From: an uncultured Cryomorphaceae bacterium | Lineage (GTDB): Bacteria; Bacteroidota; Bacteroidia; Flavobacteriales_D; Cryomorphaceae | NCBI GenBank assembly: GCA_963748925.1 | Contig: CAVVKG010000008.1 | Span: forward strand, 233,335 to 297,334 | Direction: 5' to 3' | DNA length: 64,000 nt | Shown here: in pieces, positions 48,846-58,386 of the stretch | How positions within the stretch are numbered: position 1 is the stretch's first letter | Layout: every line of letters begins with the position of its first letter | Program-made: the position numbers and the translations under genes | The notes under the pieces: generated by a model | The model's database searches: none | The model's input: only the letters and a program-made list of their open reading frames with translations | Told to the model about the DNA's origin: nothing

Positions 48846-49575
48846 ATGTACAATAAGAAAATTATACTAGCCACATCTTCACAAACACTTGATTCCAGCG
48901 TTTTTAACCTCGTTTCAAATTTTATTAGTGGTGAGAATATTTCTCTCACCCTCTGCGTTTTTAAAGAAATAAGTCACGGCAATGTGACTGTGGCTAATCT
49001 GAATAAGCTTACGGATTTTTGCAATGAAAAGGCTATTATTTTGCGTCTACGTATTTTCAAATCAAACGAAGCAAGAAAACTTCAGAAACTTTCTGTCTTT
49101 GCTGATTTATTAGTCATTCACCAATCTCTTATTCAGAGATCTGATTTTACAGCCGATTTCGGGGTTCATTCATGCCCTGTCATGGTGCTCCCTAAGATCT
49201 ACGAATCCATAAACCATATATTGCTTACACTTGATGGATCGCCGAAATCTGTATCGTCCATTAAGCAATTTGCTCAGCTCTTTCCAAATCAGCTCAAAAA
49301 GACCGATGTGACACTCGTCTTTTTAATGGACGGCGACTTTGAAACCGGTGATGAAATGCTGCTTAATTGAGTATTTAAAGCAATTTTGTGAGAAGCTCGG
49401 TGTATTAAAGATTCTGAAGCCAATATCTGCTCAAAAGTTAAAGCCGCTTAAATGTGATGATCACACACTAATCTTAAACGTATCAGGGGCGCTTATAGGC
49501 GATTATCAAACCTGTGCTCTCTTGCCCTCGTTGAAGAGCAAAAAGTCTGTTATATTTATCCCTGCTGAAGCATAG
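48846..49575 (+). pseudogene. degenerate tandem universal-stress-protein-like gene split by a +1 frameshift (or a sequencing indel)
   Basis: The ORF ending at 49370 (...FLMDGDFETGDEMLLN*) and the ORF ending at 49575 overlap in adjacent frames. Skipping one A in cttAatt near 49359 gives ...GDEMLL-IEYLKQFCEKLG.... Each half ends with a USP-like strand pattern (ADLLVIHQ...CPVMVLP and HTLILNVSG...KSVIFIP). The USP assignment is weak. Confidence 0.5.
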
Positions 49576-49578
49576 ACT

Positions 49579-52056
49579 ATGCCTTATAATACCAATTATA
49601 TCAAGTCTGGCAAGAAGCTCAATGCATCTGTTTGCTACCATTGTGGGGATGTGTGCGATGCTGAGGTAATTCAGTTTGAAGAAAAATCATTTTGCTGTCA
49701 CGGGTGTAAGAGTGTCTATGAACTCTTGCAAGGCTGTAATCTTGAAGGGTATTACAAATACGCTGAAAATCCGGGGATTAAAACTTTAAAGGCTCCTTCT
49801 CAAAGCGAGTACGCTTATCTTGACGAACCCGATATTGTAGAAAAAATCATTTCTTTTTCCAGTAATGCGATTGTAAAGGTGAAGTTTAACCTCCCTGCTA
49901 TGCACTGCGCTTCGTGTATCTGGCTGATTGAAAATTTCAGAAAGCTGGTGCCCGGCGTTCTGGAGTCGAGAGTGAATTTCGTAAAGCGCGAAGCGATCTT
50001 CACGTATAACCCCTCCGAGTTAACACTCCGCCACCTGGTGGAGCAACTAGCGGCAATAGGATATGTTCCTGAGCTTAACCTGAATAGTTCTTCTAAGGTG
50101 AAATCGGTTTCTTCAAATAAACGACTGATTTACCAGATAGGAATTGCGGGTTTCTGTTTTGGTAACATCATGCTTTTGAGCTTTCCGGATTATATTGCTG
50201 GTGCGGATGGTGTAGCCATTGAGTACCGACGATTTTTTGGATATATCAATTTCGTCCTTGCACTTCCGGTATTGTTTTATTCGGCTATAGATTATCTAAA
50301 ATCTGGCTGGCTTGCGGTTAAAACCCGTGAAATAAATATGGATGTACCCATTAGTTTGGGTATTCTCGCTTTGTTTCTGCGGAGTTCATTCGAAATATTC
50401 TTTGAAGGTGGTGGAGGGTATATGGATAGTCTCGCAGCCCTTATTTTCTTTCTCCTTATTGGTAAATGGGTTCAGCAGAAAACGTATGACAGCCTGTCTT
50501 TTGAACGCGATTACAAATCGTATTTCCCAATTGCCGTGCAGGTGGTGGATGGCGACAAAGAGAAGCCCGTTGGGATAGAAAACTTACGCGTTGGCGATGT
50601 CTTCAGAGTGAGGAGTGGTGAGCTGGTTCCGGCAGATTCTGAACTTATTGAAGGAGAGGCTACCATTGATTATAGTTTTGTAAGTGGTGAGTCTGATCTG
50701 GTTTCACCTCAAAAAGGATCTAAGATATTCGCTGGGGGTCGACAGGCAAGTTCTTCACTTTTACTACGGGTTTTGAATCCGGTAGATCAAAGCTACCTCA
50801 CCTCACTCTGGAACAATGGAAATAGCAACAAAAACGAACATAAGTTGGAACTACTTGCTGACAGGGTTGGGAAAGAAGTTTACGGTTGTAGTAGTATTCA
50901 TTGCCATTGCAACGGGCGTATTTTGGCTAGTTCGTGATCCTTCTATAGCCCTTAACGCAGTAAGTGCTGTATTAATAGTAGCGTGTCCCTGTGCTCTCGC
51001 ACTGAGTTTTCCCTTCGCTTTTGGTAATTCAGTGCGGCTACTGGGCAGACAGGGATTATACCTTAAAAATGCACACGCCTTAGCCCGAATGGCTGAGGTC
51101 ACTGCGGTTGTTTTCGATAAAACAGGAACACTTACACGCAAAGGCAAGGCAGATGTGGTGTATAATGGAACTGAACTTAATAACCGCGATAAACTCATTT
51201 TTGCAAATATGGCCGCCCAGTCGGGACATCCTCTCAGTAGATATGTTGCGGCTCATATTTGAATTTACCAGGTGAGAAAGTGGAATTTAGTTCATTTCGC
51301 GAAATCTCAGGTTCAGGTCTCAGCGCTTCTGTAGATGGAATTAGTTATAAGCTGGGATCCGCAGCCTTTACCGGAGCAGAAGTTGAGAAAGTCCAAGCTC
51401 TGCACAGCACTGTTTATCTGGCTATTGATAAGGAAGTTTGTGGCGTCTTTACTATTGATAAAGCATATCATAAGGGGCTCGAATCTTTGATTAGTACACT
51501 GAAGCAAAAGTTCAGACTCTTTTTAATTTCTGGTGATGGTGATGGTGAAAGGAAACGCATGGAGCACGTGTTCGAGCAATCGGCCGGACTGCATTTTAAC
51601 CAATCGCCTCATGATAAAAAAGCGTTTATTTCCAGCCTAAGAGATTCTGGCGAAATAACGGCTATGATCGGCGATGGTCTCAATGATTCAGGCGCACTTA
51701 TGGAAAGCGATTTTGGCGTTTCAATTGCTGATGATGTTTTCCGGTTTGCACCGGCATCAGATGCTATTCTCACATCAGCAAGTTTCCACAAATTCGTTTC
51801 ATTCTTTGACTTCTCTAAGAAATCGCTACAAGTGGTTAAGGCTAGCTTCGTTTTCTCTTTTCTCTATAACGGTATCGGAATTCTATTCGCAGTTCAGGGA
51901 CTACTCACTCCTGTAATAGCAGCGATATTAATGCCTATTAGCTCAATAACGGTTGTTCTTTTTGTAACCATTGGAACCAATCTTTATTACAAAAAATATT
52001 TTAAGGATACCCCAAAAACTGATAAAAGTCAGCTTTTCGGAAGATATTCCTCATAG
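49579..52056 (+). pseudogene. ccoI: CcoI/FixI copper-translocating P1B-type ATPase, interrupted by two compensating frameshifts
   Basis: Three ORFs are collinear with one ATPase. N-terminal metal-binding domain (CYHCGDVC...FCCHGCKSVYELL), HMA CxxC (MHCASCIW) and A-domain in frame 1. CPC (VACPCALAL) and DKTGTLT in frame 2 (about 50876-51258). GDGLND and the last TM helices are back in frame 1. Confidence 0.85.
52017..52032. promoter_or_regulatory. second copy of the CTGA-N6-TCAG Crp/Fnr-type box, inside the ccoI 3' end and upstream of ccoS/ccoNO
   Basis: aactgataaaagtcag is identical to 48759-48774. It is centred 81 nt before the ccoS ATG. The -7-like TAGTTTAA at 52054-52061 would place the box near -42. 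Confidence 0.45.
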
Positions 52057-52106
52057 TTTAACCCTGGTAGATGAATTTAATTTGTCAATCAAAATAATTA
52101 CACCTA

Positions 52107-52280
52107 ATGGAAGCCATGTTTCTTTTAATTGGAATAAGCCTGCTGGTTGCTCTTGCATTTTTAGGGGGCTTCTTCTGGGCTGTTAAATCAAAACAGTACG
52201 ACGACGACTTTACACCATCAGTGCGTATGCTCTTTGATGATGATAATAAAACAAACCAATCTGATAACTCTTCAAATTAA
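52107..52280 (+). CDS. ccoS: cbb3 oxidase maturation protein CcoS (57 aa; not in the ORF track)
   Basis: MEAMFLLIGISLLVALAFLGGFFWAVKSKQYDDDFTPSVRMLFDDD... is a single TM helix followed by the FWAVKS.Q(Y/F)DD motif typical of CcoS/FixS. The listed ORF 51971-52186 is in another frame. Confidence 0.85.
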   Translation: MEAMFLLIGISLLVALAFLGGFFWAVKSKQYDDDFTPSVRMLFDDDNKTNQSDNSSN

Positions 52281-52286
52281 ACTTAG

Positions 52287-54419
52287 ATGAAGATCGAAAA
52301 GTTCTATTACGACAACCAGATCGTAAAATTATTTGCCTACGCCACAGTACTCTGGGCTGTTGTAGGTATGCTGGTAGGGCTATACGCCGCATTGCAATTG
52401 GTTTTCCCTTGGATGTCCGGAGGAATTCCATACACTACATTTGGTAGAATAAGGCCGCTGCATACCAATGCAGTCATCTTTGCCTTTGTAGGAAATGGAA
52501 TCTTTACCGGGGTTTACTATTCGCTACAGCGATTGCTTAAAACCAGAATGTGGAGCGATAAACTCTCCAAAATTAACTTCTGGGGTTGGCAGCTTATTAT
52601 CGTGGCGGCAGCTATTACTCTTCCTCTCGGGTATACATCCTCTAAGGAGTATGCAGAGCTCGAATGGCCTATCGATATTGCTATAGCAGTTATCTGGGTG
52701 GTTTTCGGCCTCAATATGATGATGACCATCATTAAGCGTCGTGAACGTCACTTGTATGTTGCGATTTGGTTCTACATAGCCACATTCGTGACGGTAGCAG
52801 TGCTTCACATTGTTAACTCATTTGAGCTACCTATCTCATTCATGAAGTCATACAGCTGGTACGCCGGTGTGCAGGATGCACTGGTGCAGTGGTGGTATGG
52901 CCACAATGCAGTAGCATTCTTCCTTACCACCCCTTATTTGGGTCTCATGTATTATTTCGTTCCCAAGGCTGCAAATAGACCGGTATATTCTTACCGATTA
53001 TCTATCATTCACTTCTGGGCATTGATCTTCCTTTACATTTGGGCAGGTCCTCACCACTTGCTTTATACTTCATTACCAGACTGGGCTCAAAACCTCGGTA
53101 CAGTATTCTCTATTATGCTTATCGCACCGAGTTGGGGTGGTATGCTTAACGGATTGCTTACCCTTCGTGGCGCCTGGGATCGTGTTCGCGAAGACCCTGT
53201 TTTGAAATTTCTCGTGGTGGCAATTACTGCTTATGGTATGTCAACTTTCGAGGGGCCTATGCTTTCAATTAAGAGTATCAATGCTATAAGTCACTTTACC
53301 GACTGGACAATTGCACACGTTCACATTGGTGGATTGGGTTGGAATGGATTCCTCACCTTTGGTATGCTGTACTGGTTGATCCCTAAAATGTGGAAAACCA
53401 AGCTCTTTTCGCGAAAGCTGGCCAATGTTCACTTTTGGATTGGTACCCTCGGTATCTTGTTCTATGCATTACCACTTTATTGGGCTGCTTTTACCCAGTG
53501 GGCTATGTGGCAGGAGTTTTCAGCTGATGGATTACTGGTTTATCCAAACTTCCTTGAAACGGTAACGCAAATAATTCCAATGTATGGAATGCGTGCTATC
53601 GGTGGTTTGCTCTATTTGACAGGTACACTGGTTATGATCTACAACCTTGTAGCCACTATTAAGCAAGGTAGCTTTGTTAAAGACGAGGCTGCAGAAGCTC
53701 CGGCTTTAGAAAAAGAATACACAGGCCACGAATCTGATCACTGGCACAGAAAACTTGAGCGCAGACCTGTTCAGCTTTTAGTCCTTTCATTAGTGGTTAT
53801 TCTGATAGGAGGTATCATTGAAATGGTACCAACCTTCCTAGTGAAATCTAATGTACCGACTATCGCTTCAGTGAAACCATACACCCCACTTGAACTTCAT
53901 GGTAGAGATGTTTACATCTCTGAAGGTTGTAATAACTGCCACTCGCAGATGGTAAGACCTTTCAGGCATGAAACAGAACGCTATGGGGAATACTCAAAAT
54001 CGGGAGAGTTTGTTTACGATCACCCATTCCTGTGGGGATCAAAACGAACCGGGCCAGACCTGCACCGTGTAGGAGGGAAGTATCCTGATAGCTGGCATTA
54101 CAACCATATGATTGAACCGGAACGTATGTCGCCGGGATCTATCATGCCGGTTTACTCCTGGATGGCTGAAACACCTATTGACACGAGCATGACAAGGGCT
54201 AAAATCAATGCGATGCGCACACTTGGCGTACCATATGCCGAGGGGTATGAGAATGAGGCCAATGCTGATGTGGTAGCTCAACAAAATAAAATAGTACAAA
54301 GCCTGGCGGTTGATAATATCACTGCTGAACCCAATTCGGAACTGGTGGCTATCATCGCTTATTTGCAGCGACTGGGAACCGATATTAAAATGGCTGATCA
54401 AACATCTGAAAACAATTAA
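52287..54419 (+). CDS. ccoN: fused cbb3-type cytochrome c oxidase subunits I and II (CcoN-CcoO)
   Basis: 710 aa. The haem-copper oxidase core carries conserved His-containing helices (WWYGHNAV, HHLLYT, AHVHIGGLGW). A C-terminal TM helix and monohaem domain follow (CNNCHSQMVRP, PDLHRVG). Confidence 0.95.
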   Translation: MKIEKFYYDNQIVKLFAYATVLWAVVGMLVGLYAALQLVFPWMSGGIPYTTFGRIRPLHTNAVIFAFVGNGIFTGVYYSLQRLLKTRMWSDKLSKINFWGWQLIIVAAAITLPLGYTSSKEYAELEWPIDIAIAVIWVVFGLNMMMTIIKRRERHLYVAIWFYIATFVTVAVLHIVNSFELPISFMKSYSWYAGVQDALVQWWYGHNAVAFFLTTPYLGLMYYFVPKAANRPVYSYRLSIIHFWALIFLYIWAGPHHLLYTSLPDWAQNLGTVFSIMLIAPSWGGMLNGLLTLRGAWDRVREDPVLKFLVVAITAYGMSTFEGPMLSIKSINAISHFTDWTIAHVHIGGLGWNGFLTFGMLYWLIPKMWKTKLFSRKLANVHFWIGTLGILFYALPLYWAAFTQWAMWQEFSADGLLVYPNFLETVTQIIPMYGMRAIGGLLYLTGTLVMIYNLVATIKQGSFVKDEAAEAPALEKEYTGHESDHWHRKLERRPVQLLVLSLVVILIGGIIEMVPTFLVKSNVPTIASVKPYTPLELHGRDVYISEGCNNCHSQMVRPFRHETERYGEYSKSGEFVYDHPFLWGSKRTGPDLHRVGGKYPDSWHYNHMIEPERMSPGSIMPVYSWMAETPIDTSMTRAKINAMRTLGVPYAEGYENEANADVVAQQNKIVQSLAVDNITAEPNSELVAIIAYLQRLGTDIKMADQTSENN

Positions 54420-54421
54420 TT

Positions 54422-54631
54422 ATGCTGAAGTTCATAAAACACAATATGGAAACGATTATAGGAATTGAAATATTCCCAATCATTTCAGTCCTTATCTTCT
54501 TTCTTTTCTTCGTGGGCTTGATTATTTATGTTTTCAAGATGAAGCAAAGTAGTGTCGATGAGTTAAGTTCACTTCCATTTGATGACAATGTGGATTTCAT
54601 TAATCCTTCAAAAACTACCGGTCATGAATAG
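54422..54631 (+). CDS. ccoQ: CcoQ/FixQ-like small subunit
   Basis: 69-aa single-TM protein (IFPIISVLIFFLFFVGLIIYVF) located between ccoNO and ccoP. Confidence 0.75.
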   Translation: MLKFIKHNMETIIGIEIFPIISVLIFFLFFVGLIIYVFKMKQSSVDELSSLPFDDNVDFINPSKTTGHE

Positions 54632-55829
54632 TATAAAACCTGTTACTACGATCATCCTAAGTCTTGTGGCTATCCCTTTATTGGCGCAGGCGGGAGCTGC
54701 TGAGGTTACAAAACCTTCATTCTTTAGCGGTCCCAACTTGATGCTCGCCCTTGTTGCTCTGGCGCAGCTCATTGCAATAATGAGCGTTGGCGGCTACATT
54801 AGAAAACTTACCGGAAAAACAGATTATTACCTGAAGATGCGCAAGCTCAGAGAGTCAGGAAATGGAAAAGTACTTATGTTGCTTGCCTTTTTCACGGGCT
54901 TTTCCGGCATTTCAATGGCACAAAATGCAGCAATGAGTGTTGCGGCACCAGCGGCACAAAGCGGTATGGATCCAAATACCATATTGCTGCTTACATTGAA
55001 CATAGCGCTCCTGGTGGCTTTTATTTATGTGGTTCGCTTGCTGTTCACGACGGTTTCCTGGCTTATGCCTCCAAGAACTGTTGAAGAGGAAGCAGCTGAA
55101 CACGCTACTGAAAAGCAGTCGGTACTTTCAAAAGTCCTTACAGATGCAGTTCCTATTGATCGTGAAGAAGAAATTATGCTCGATCATGAATACGACGGAA
55201 TCCGTGAGCTTGATAATAATCTTCCACCGTGGTGGGTATGGATGTTTTACGCAACCATTATTTATGCATTTGTCTATCTCATTTATTACCATGTTTTGCC
55301 TTACGGCGAAAGCCAGCAAGAAGAGTATATCGCAGAATTAAAGCAAGCTGATTTAGAGAAAGAAGCTTATCTGGCAACAGCAAAGAACTTGATCGATGAA
55401 AATACGGTAGTGTACTTAGAAGATCCGTCGGATCTTGCTGCAGGTAAGAAAATCTATGATGGAAACTGCCAGGCATGTCATGCACCCGATGGAGGTGGAG
55501 GTGTTGGTCCTAACTTTACAGATGATTACTGGATTCACGGCGGAGCAATGGCCGATATTTTCAGAACTGTAAAATATGGAGTACCTACAAAGGGAATGAT
55601 ATCTTGGGAATCTCAGCTTAAACCTATCCAAATGGCTCAGGTAGCAAGCTATATCAAAAGCTTAACGGGTACCGTTCCTGCCAATCCCAAAGAACCGCAA
55701 GGTGAAATTTGGAACCCGGAAAACAGTGATGAGATCGCTCCGGATTCTTTAATAATAGAAGAGCCACTAACACCGGCTCCTGAAGTTGAACAAGAAGTTT
55801 CTGATGAAGCTACGGCTTCAATGCCATGA
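54624..55829 (+). CDS. ccoP: cbb3-type oxidase subunit III (CcoP-like), monohaem, with long N-terminal membrane extension
   Basis: FixP N-terminal motif (DHEYDGIRELDNNLPPWW) and a single CxxCH (CQACHAPDGGGG). The ATG at 54624 (MNSIKPV..., signal-like) overlaps the ccoQ stop. Confidence 0.88.
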   Translation: MNSIKPVTTIILSLVAIPLLAQAGAAEVTKPSFFSGPNLMLALVALAQLIAIMSVGGYIRKLTGKTDYYLKMRKLRESGNGKVLMLLAFFTGFSGISMAQNAAMSVAAPAAQSGMDPNTILLLTLNIALLVAFIYVVRLLFTTVSWLMPPRTVEEEAAEHATEKQSVLSKVLTDAVPIDREEEIMLDHEYDGIRELDNNLPPWWVWMFYATIIYAFVYLIYYHVLPYGESQQEEYIAELKQADLEKEAYLATAKNLIDENTVVYLEDPSDLAAGKKIYDGNCQACHAPDGGGGVGPNFTDDYWIHGGAMADIFRTVKYGVPTKGMISWESQLKPIQMAQVASYIKSLTGTVPANPKEPQGEIWNPENSDEIAPDSLIIEEPLTPAPEVEQEVSDEATASMP

Positions 55830-57238
55830 CCGAACCAGATCAAATAAAAGATACCGAGAGCTTTAGAGACTCTATTTCTACCATAAGCGAAGATGGTAAG
55901 CGGAAATGGGTTTACCCAAAAAAGCCGGGTGGGAAGTTTACCACTGCTCGGGGTTGGGTGAGTTTGTTTTTACTCATTTTTCTCTTTGGTGCGCCATTTG
56001 TAAAAATTGATGGTCAGCCTCTTCTTTTATTTAATCTTCTTGAGCGAAAGTTTGTCATTTTAGGTAATACCTTCTGGCCCCAGGATTTTTACATCTTTGG
56101 TCTCGGCATGATAGTTTTCGTGGTGTTTATTGCCCTATTTACGGTGGTTTACGGTCGTTTATTCTGTGGCTGGGTTTGTCCGCAAACCATTTTTATGGAA
56201 AATGTTTTTAGACGCGTAGAGTATTTTATAGAAGGCGATTGGAAACAACAGATGAAACTCAACAAAGAGCCTTGGAACAATAAAAAAATCTTTAAGAAAA
56301 CATCCAAGCATGTTATTTTCTTCGCAATATCATTCATCATAGCCAATACGTTTCTGGCATATATTATCGGGATAGATAAGTTGATCGATATTATCACCTC
56401 ACCATTTACCGAGCATGTCGGCGGACTGGCTTCAATCACCGTTTTCTCCGGTGTGTTTTATGGTGTTTTTGCATTTATGCGCGAACAGGTTTGTACCACT
56501 GTTTGCCCTTACGGGCGACTGCAGGGCGTAATGCTCGACAGGCAATCTATCGTCGTAGCTTATGACAGGTTTAGAGGAGAACCTCGAGGAAAGTTTCGTA
56601 AAAATGAAGATCGTGACGAAGTAGGTAAAGGCGACTGTATAGAATGTATGCAATGCGTTAATGTGTGCCCTACTGGAATCGACATTAGAAACGGTACGCA
56701 GCTTGAGTGTGTAAACTGCACGGCTTGTATTGATGCCTGCGATGAAATGATGGTAGCAGTAGATTTGCCGAAAGGCCTGATACGCTACACCAGTGAAGAG
56801 CAAATTACAACAAGAAAACCGTTTAGGTTGAGCGCAAGAGCTAAGGCTTATACCGCTTTGCTTTTTGTACTTGTAGGTGTTATGGTTACACTGCTTGCAA
56901 CACGTAGTTCGGTACAGTTGAATGTCCTGAGAACTCCCGGCATGCTTTACCAAATCACTGATGATGGCAGCATCAGCAACTTGTACAACTTTAAAGCCAT
57001 CAATAAAACAAATAATGAAATGTCATTGAGTTTTGTGCCAGTAGAAGAGGGCGTGAAAATTAAAATGATAGGTCAAGACCCCAAATTGGGCGAGCAAGAG
57101 TCTGCGGAAGGAGCATTTTTTATCTCGGCACCAGAGTCTTCATTTAAGTTTGGTAAAACGTTTGTCAATCTTAAAGTTTATGATGGCGAAGGCGAATTAA
57201 TAGACAAAATAGAGGTTCGAATTACAGGACCTCTCTAA
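55826..57238 (+). CDS. ccoG: cytochrome c oxidase accessory protein CcoG (polyferredoxin)
   Basis: 470 aa. TM helices are followed by two 4Fe-4S motifs (CIECMQCVNVCP, CVNCTACIDAC). The ATGA overlaps the ccoP stop. Confidence 0.9.
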   Translation: MTEPDQIKDTESFRDSISTISEDGKRKWVYPKKPGGKFTTARGWVSLFLLIFLFGAPFVKIDGQPLLLFNLLERKFVILGNTFWPQDFYIFGLGMIVFVVFIALFTVVYGRLFCGWVCPQTIFMENVFRRVEYFIEGDWKQQMKLNKEPWNNKKIFKKTSKHVIFFAISFIIANTFLAYIIGIDKLIDIITSPFTEHVGGLASITVFSGVFYGVFAFMREQVCTTVCPYGRLQGVMLDRQSIVVAYDRFRGEPRGKFRKNEDRDEVGKGDCIECMQCVNVCPTGIDIRNGTQLECVNCTACIDACDEMMVAVDLPKGLIRYTSEEQITTRKPFRLSARAKAYTALLFVLVGVMVTLLATRSSVQLNVLRTPGMLYQITDDGSISNLYNFKAINKTNNEMSLSFVPVEEGVKIKMIGQDPKLGEQESAEGAFFISAPESSFKFGKTFVNLKVYDGEGELIDKIEVRITGPL

Positions 57239-57244
57239 AAAATA

Positions 57245-57688
57245 ATGATAATGAAACTACACTGGGGACATAAAATTGCAATCGTTTATTCACTGTTTGC
57301 TGGCTTCATGATCTTTATGCTTGTACTAAGCATGCAAGAGAAACATGAGCTGGTAACAGAAAATTATTATGAGAATGAATTGGCCGTTCAGGGGCGAATC
57401 GATGCTGACAAAAACATGAAAGCTGCAGATTTTAAAGTGGATATTTCCAGTAAAAACAGAGAGATTTTATTGAGCTTTAAAGGCTTGCCTTCCGGCGAAA
57501 TTCCTACGGGTAAAGTTAATCTCTATAAGCCTGATGATATTAGCCTTGACGAATCGATGGAAGTAAAACTGGATAGGGACAAAAACATGATGATAAAGCC
57601 CGTTGGCGACCGTGGGAGGTATACAGTTAGCATCCGGTTTGAGGTTTCAGGAAAAGATTATTATACCGAAAAACAAATAGTATTGTGA
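57245..57688 (+). CDS. FixH/CcoH-like protein
   Basis: 147 aa with an N-terminal TM helix and a beta-rich domain. Position after ccoG. Confidence 0.75.
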   Translation: MIMKLHWGHKIAIVYSLFAGFMIFMLVLSMQEKHELVTENYYENELAVQGRIDADKNMKAADFKVDISSKNREILLSFKGLPSGEIPTGKVNLYKPDDISLDESMEVKLDRDKNMMIKPVGDRGRYTVSIRFEVSGKDYYTEKQIVL

Positions 57689-58386
57689 TCTTATTCCCCG
57701 CTTTTGTATTAGGATTTGCCGGCAGCCTGCATTGTGTAGGTATGTGCGGTCCTATTGCTATGGCGGTACCGGTAGGTAAAGGCACCAAGCTTCAGCAAAT
57801 GATGGCTTTTTCGCTCTACCAGTTTGGACGAATATCTGCTTATGCAATACTTGGATTCCTCTTTGGCGTGCTGGGATTTGGACTTAATATGGCCGGTTTT
57901 CAGCAAGGTCTTTCACTTACAGTGGGAATCCTTATGTTGCTATTTATCTGGTTTCCTAAATTGTCAGGCAAGCTGGGCATGTCGAACGGATTGGCAAAAT
58001 ACCAGTCGCGCGTTACGCGTTTTATGGCCGCCCGCCTGAAAAGCAACAGAATGCCCGCTTTACTCGGACTTGGTTTTTTCAATGGTCTGCTTCCCTGCGG
58101 TTTGGTTTACATCGCTCTCGCTGGTTCTATCGCTACTTACGATCCTTTTCAAGGTGCACTTTTTATGGCAGCTTTCGGACTGGGTACCGCACCGGTGTTA
58201 TACCTCGTAGGTTTTACCGGAAGACAGGTAAGCGTTTCATTGAGATCTCAATTTCGAAAGGTAGCACCTCTTATTGCTACTGTTTTTGCCATCCTCTTCA
58301 TTCTTCGAGGTCTGGGCATGGGTGTCCCATTTATTAGCCCTGAGCTTGGCACTACTGTTACTAATACACAAAACTGTGCTCCATGA
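57685..58386 (+). CDS. TauE/SafE- or DsbD_2-type membrane protein of cco clusters
   Basis: 233-aa polytopic ORF with the N-terminal GSLHCVGMCGPI motif. The GTG start overlaps the preceding stop. Confidence 0.75.
   Translation: MILFPAFVLGFAGSLHCVGMCGPIAMAVPVGKGTKLQQMMAFSLYQFGRISAYAILGFLFGVLGFGLNMAGFQQGLSLTVGILMLLFIWFPKLSGKLGMSNGLAKYQSRVTRFMAARLKSNRMPALLGLGFFNGLLPCGLVYIALAGSIATYDPFQGALFMAAFGLGTAPVLYLVGFTGRQVSVSLRSQFRKVAPLIATVFAILFILRGLGMGVPFISPELGTTVTNTQNCAP

Noticed and set aside
52081-52091. TTGTCAATCAA just upstream of ccoS, which resembles an Fnr half-site pair.
   Set aside because: The spacing is wrong for TTGAT-N4-ATCAA: only one ATCAA half-site is intact. The identical 16-mer at 52017-52032 is the better candidate.
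51971-52186. 71-aa ORF from the track spanning the ccoI end and the ccoS region.
   Set aside because: It is in a different frame from both ccoI and the 57-aa ORF at 52107-52280. That ORF carries the CcoS signature (FWAVKS.QYDD). The 71-aa product has no membrane helix or known motif.
56432-56953. 173-aa ORF antisense to ccoG.
   Set aside because: It is a shadow ORF within a conserved polyferredoxin gene and has no recognisable domain.
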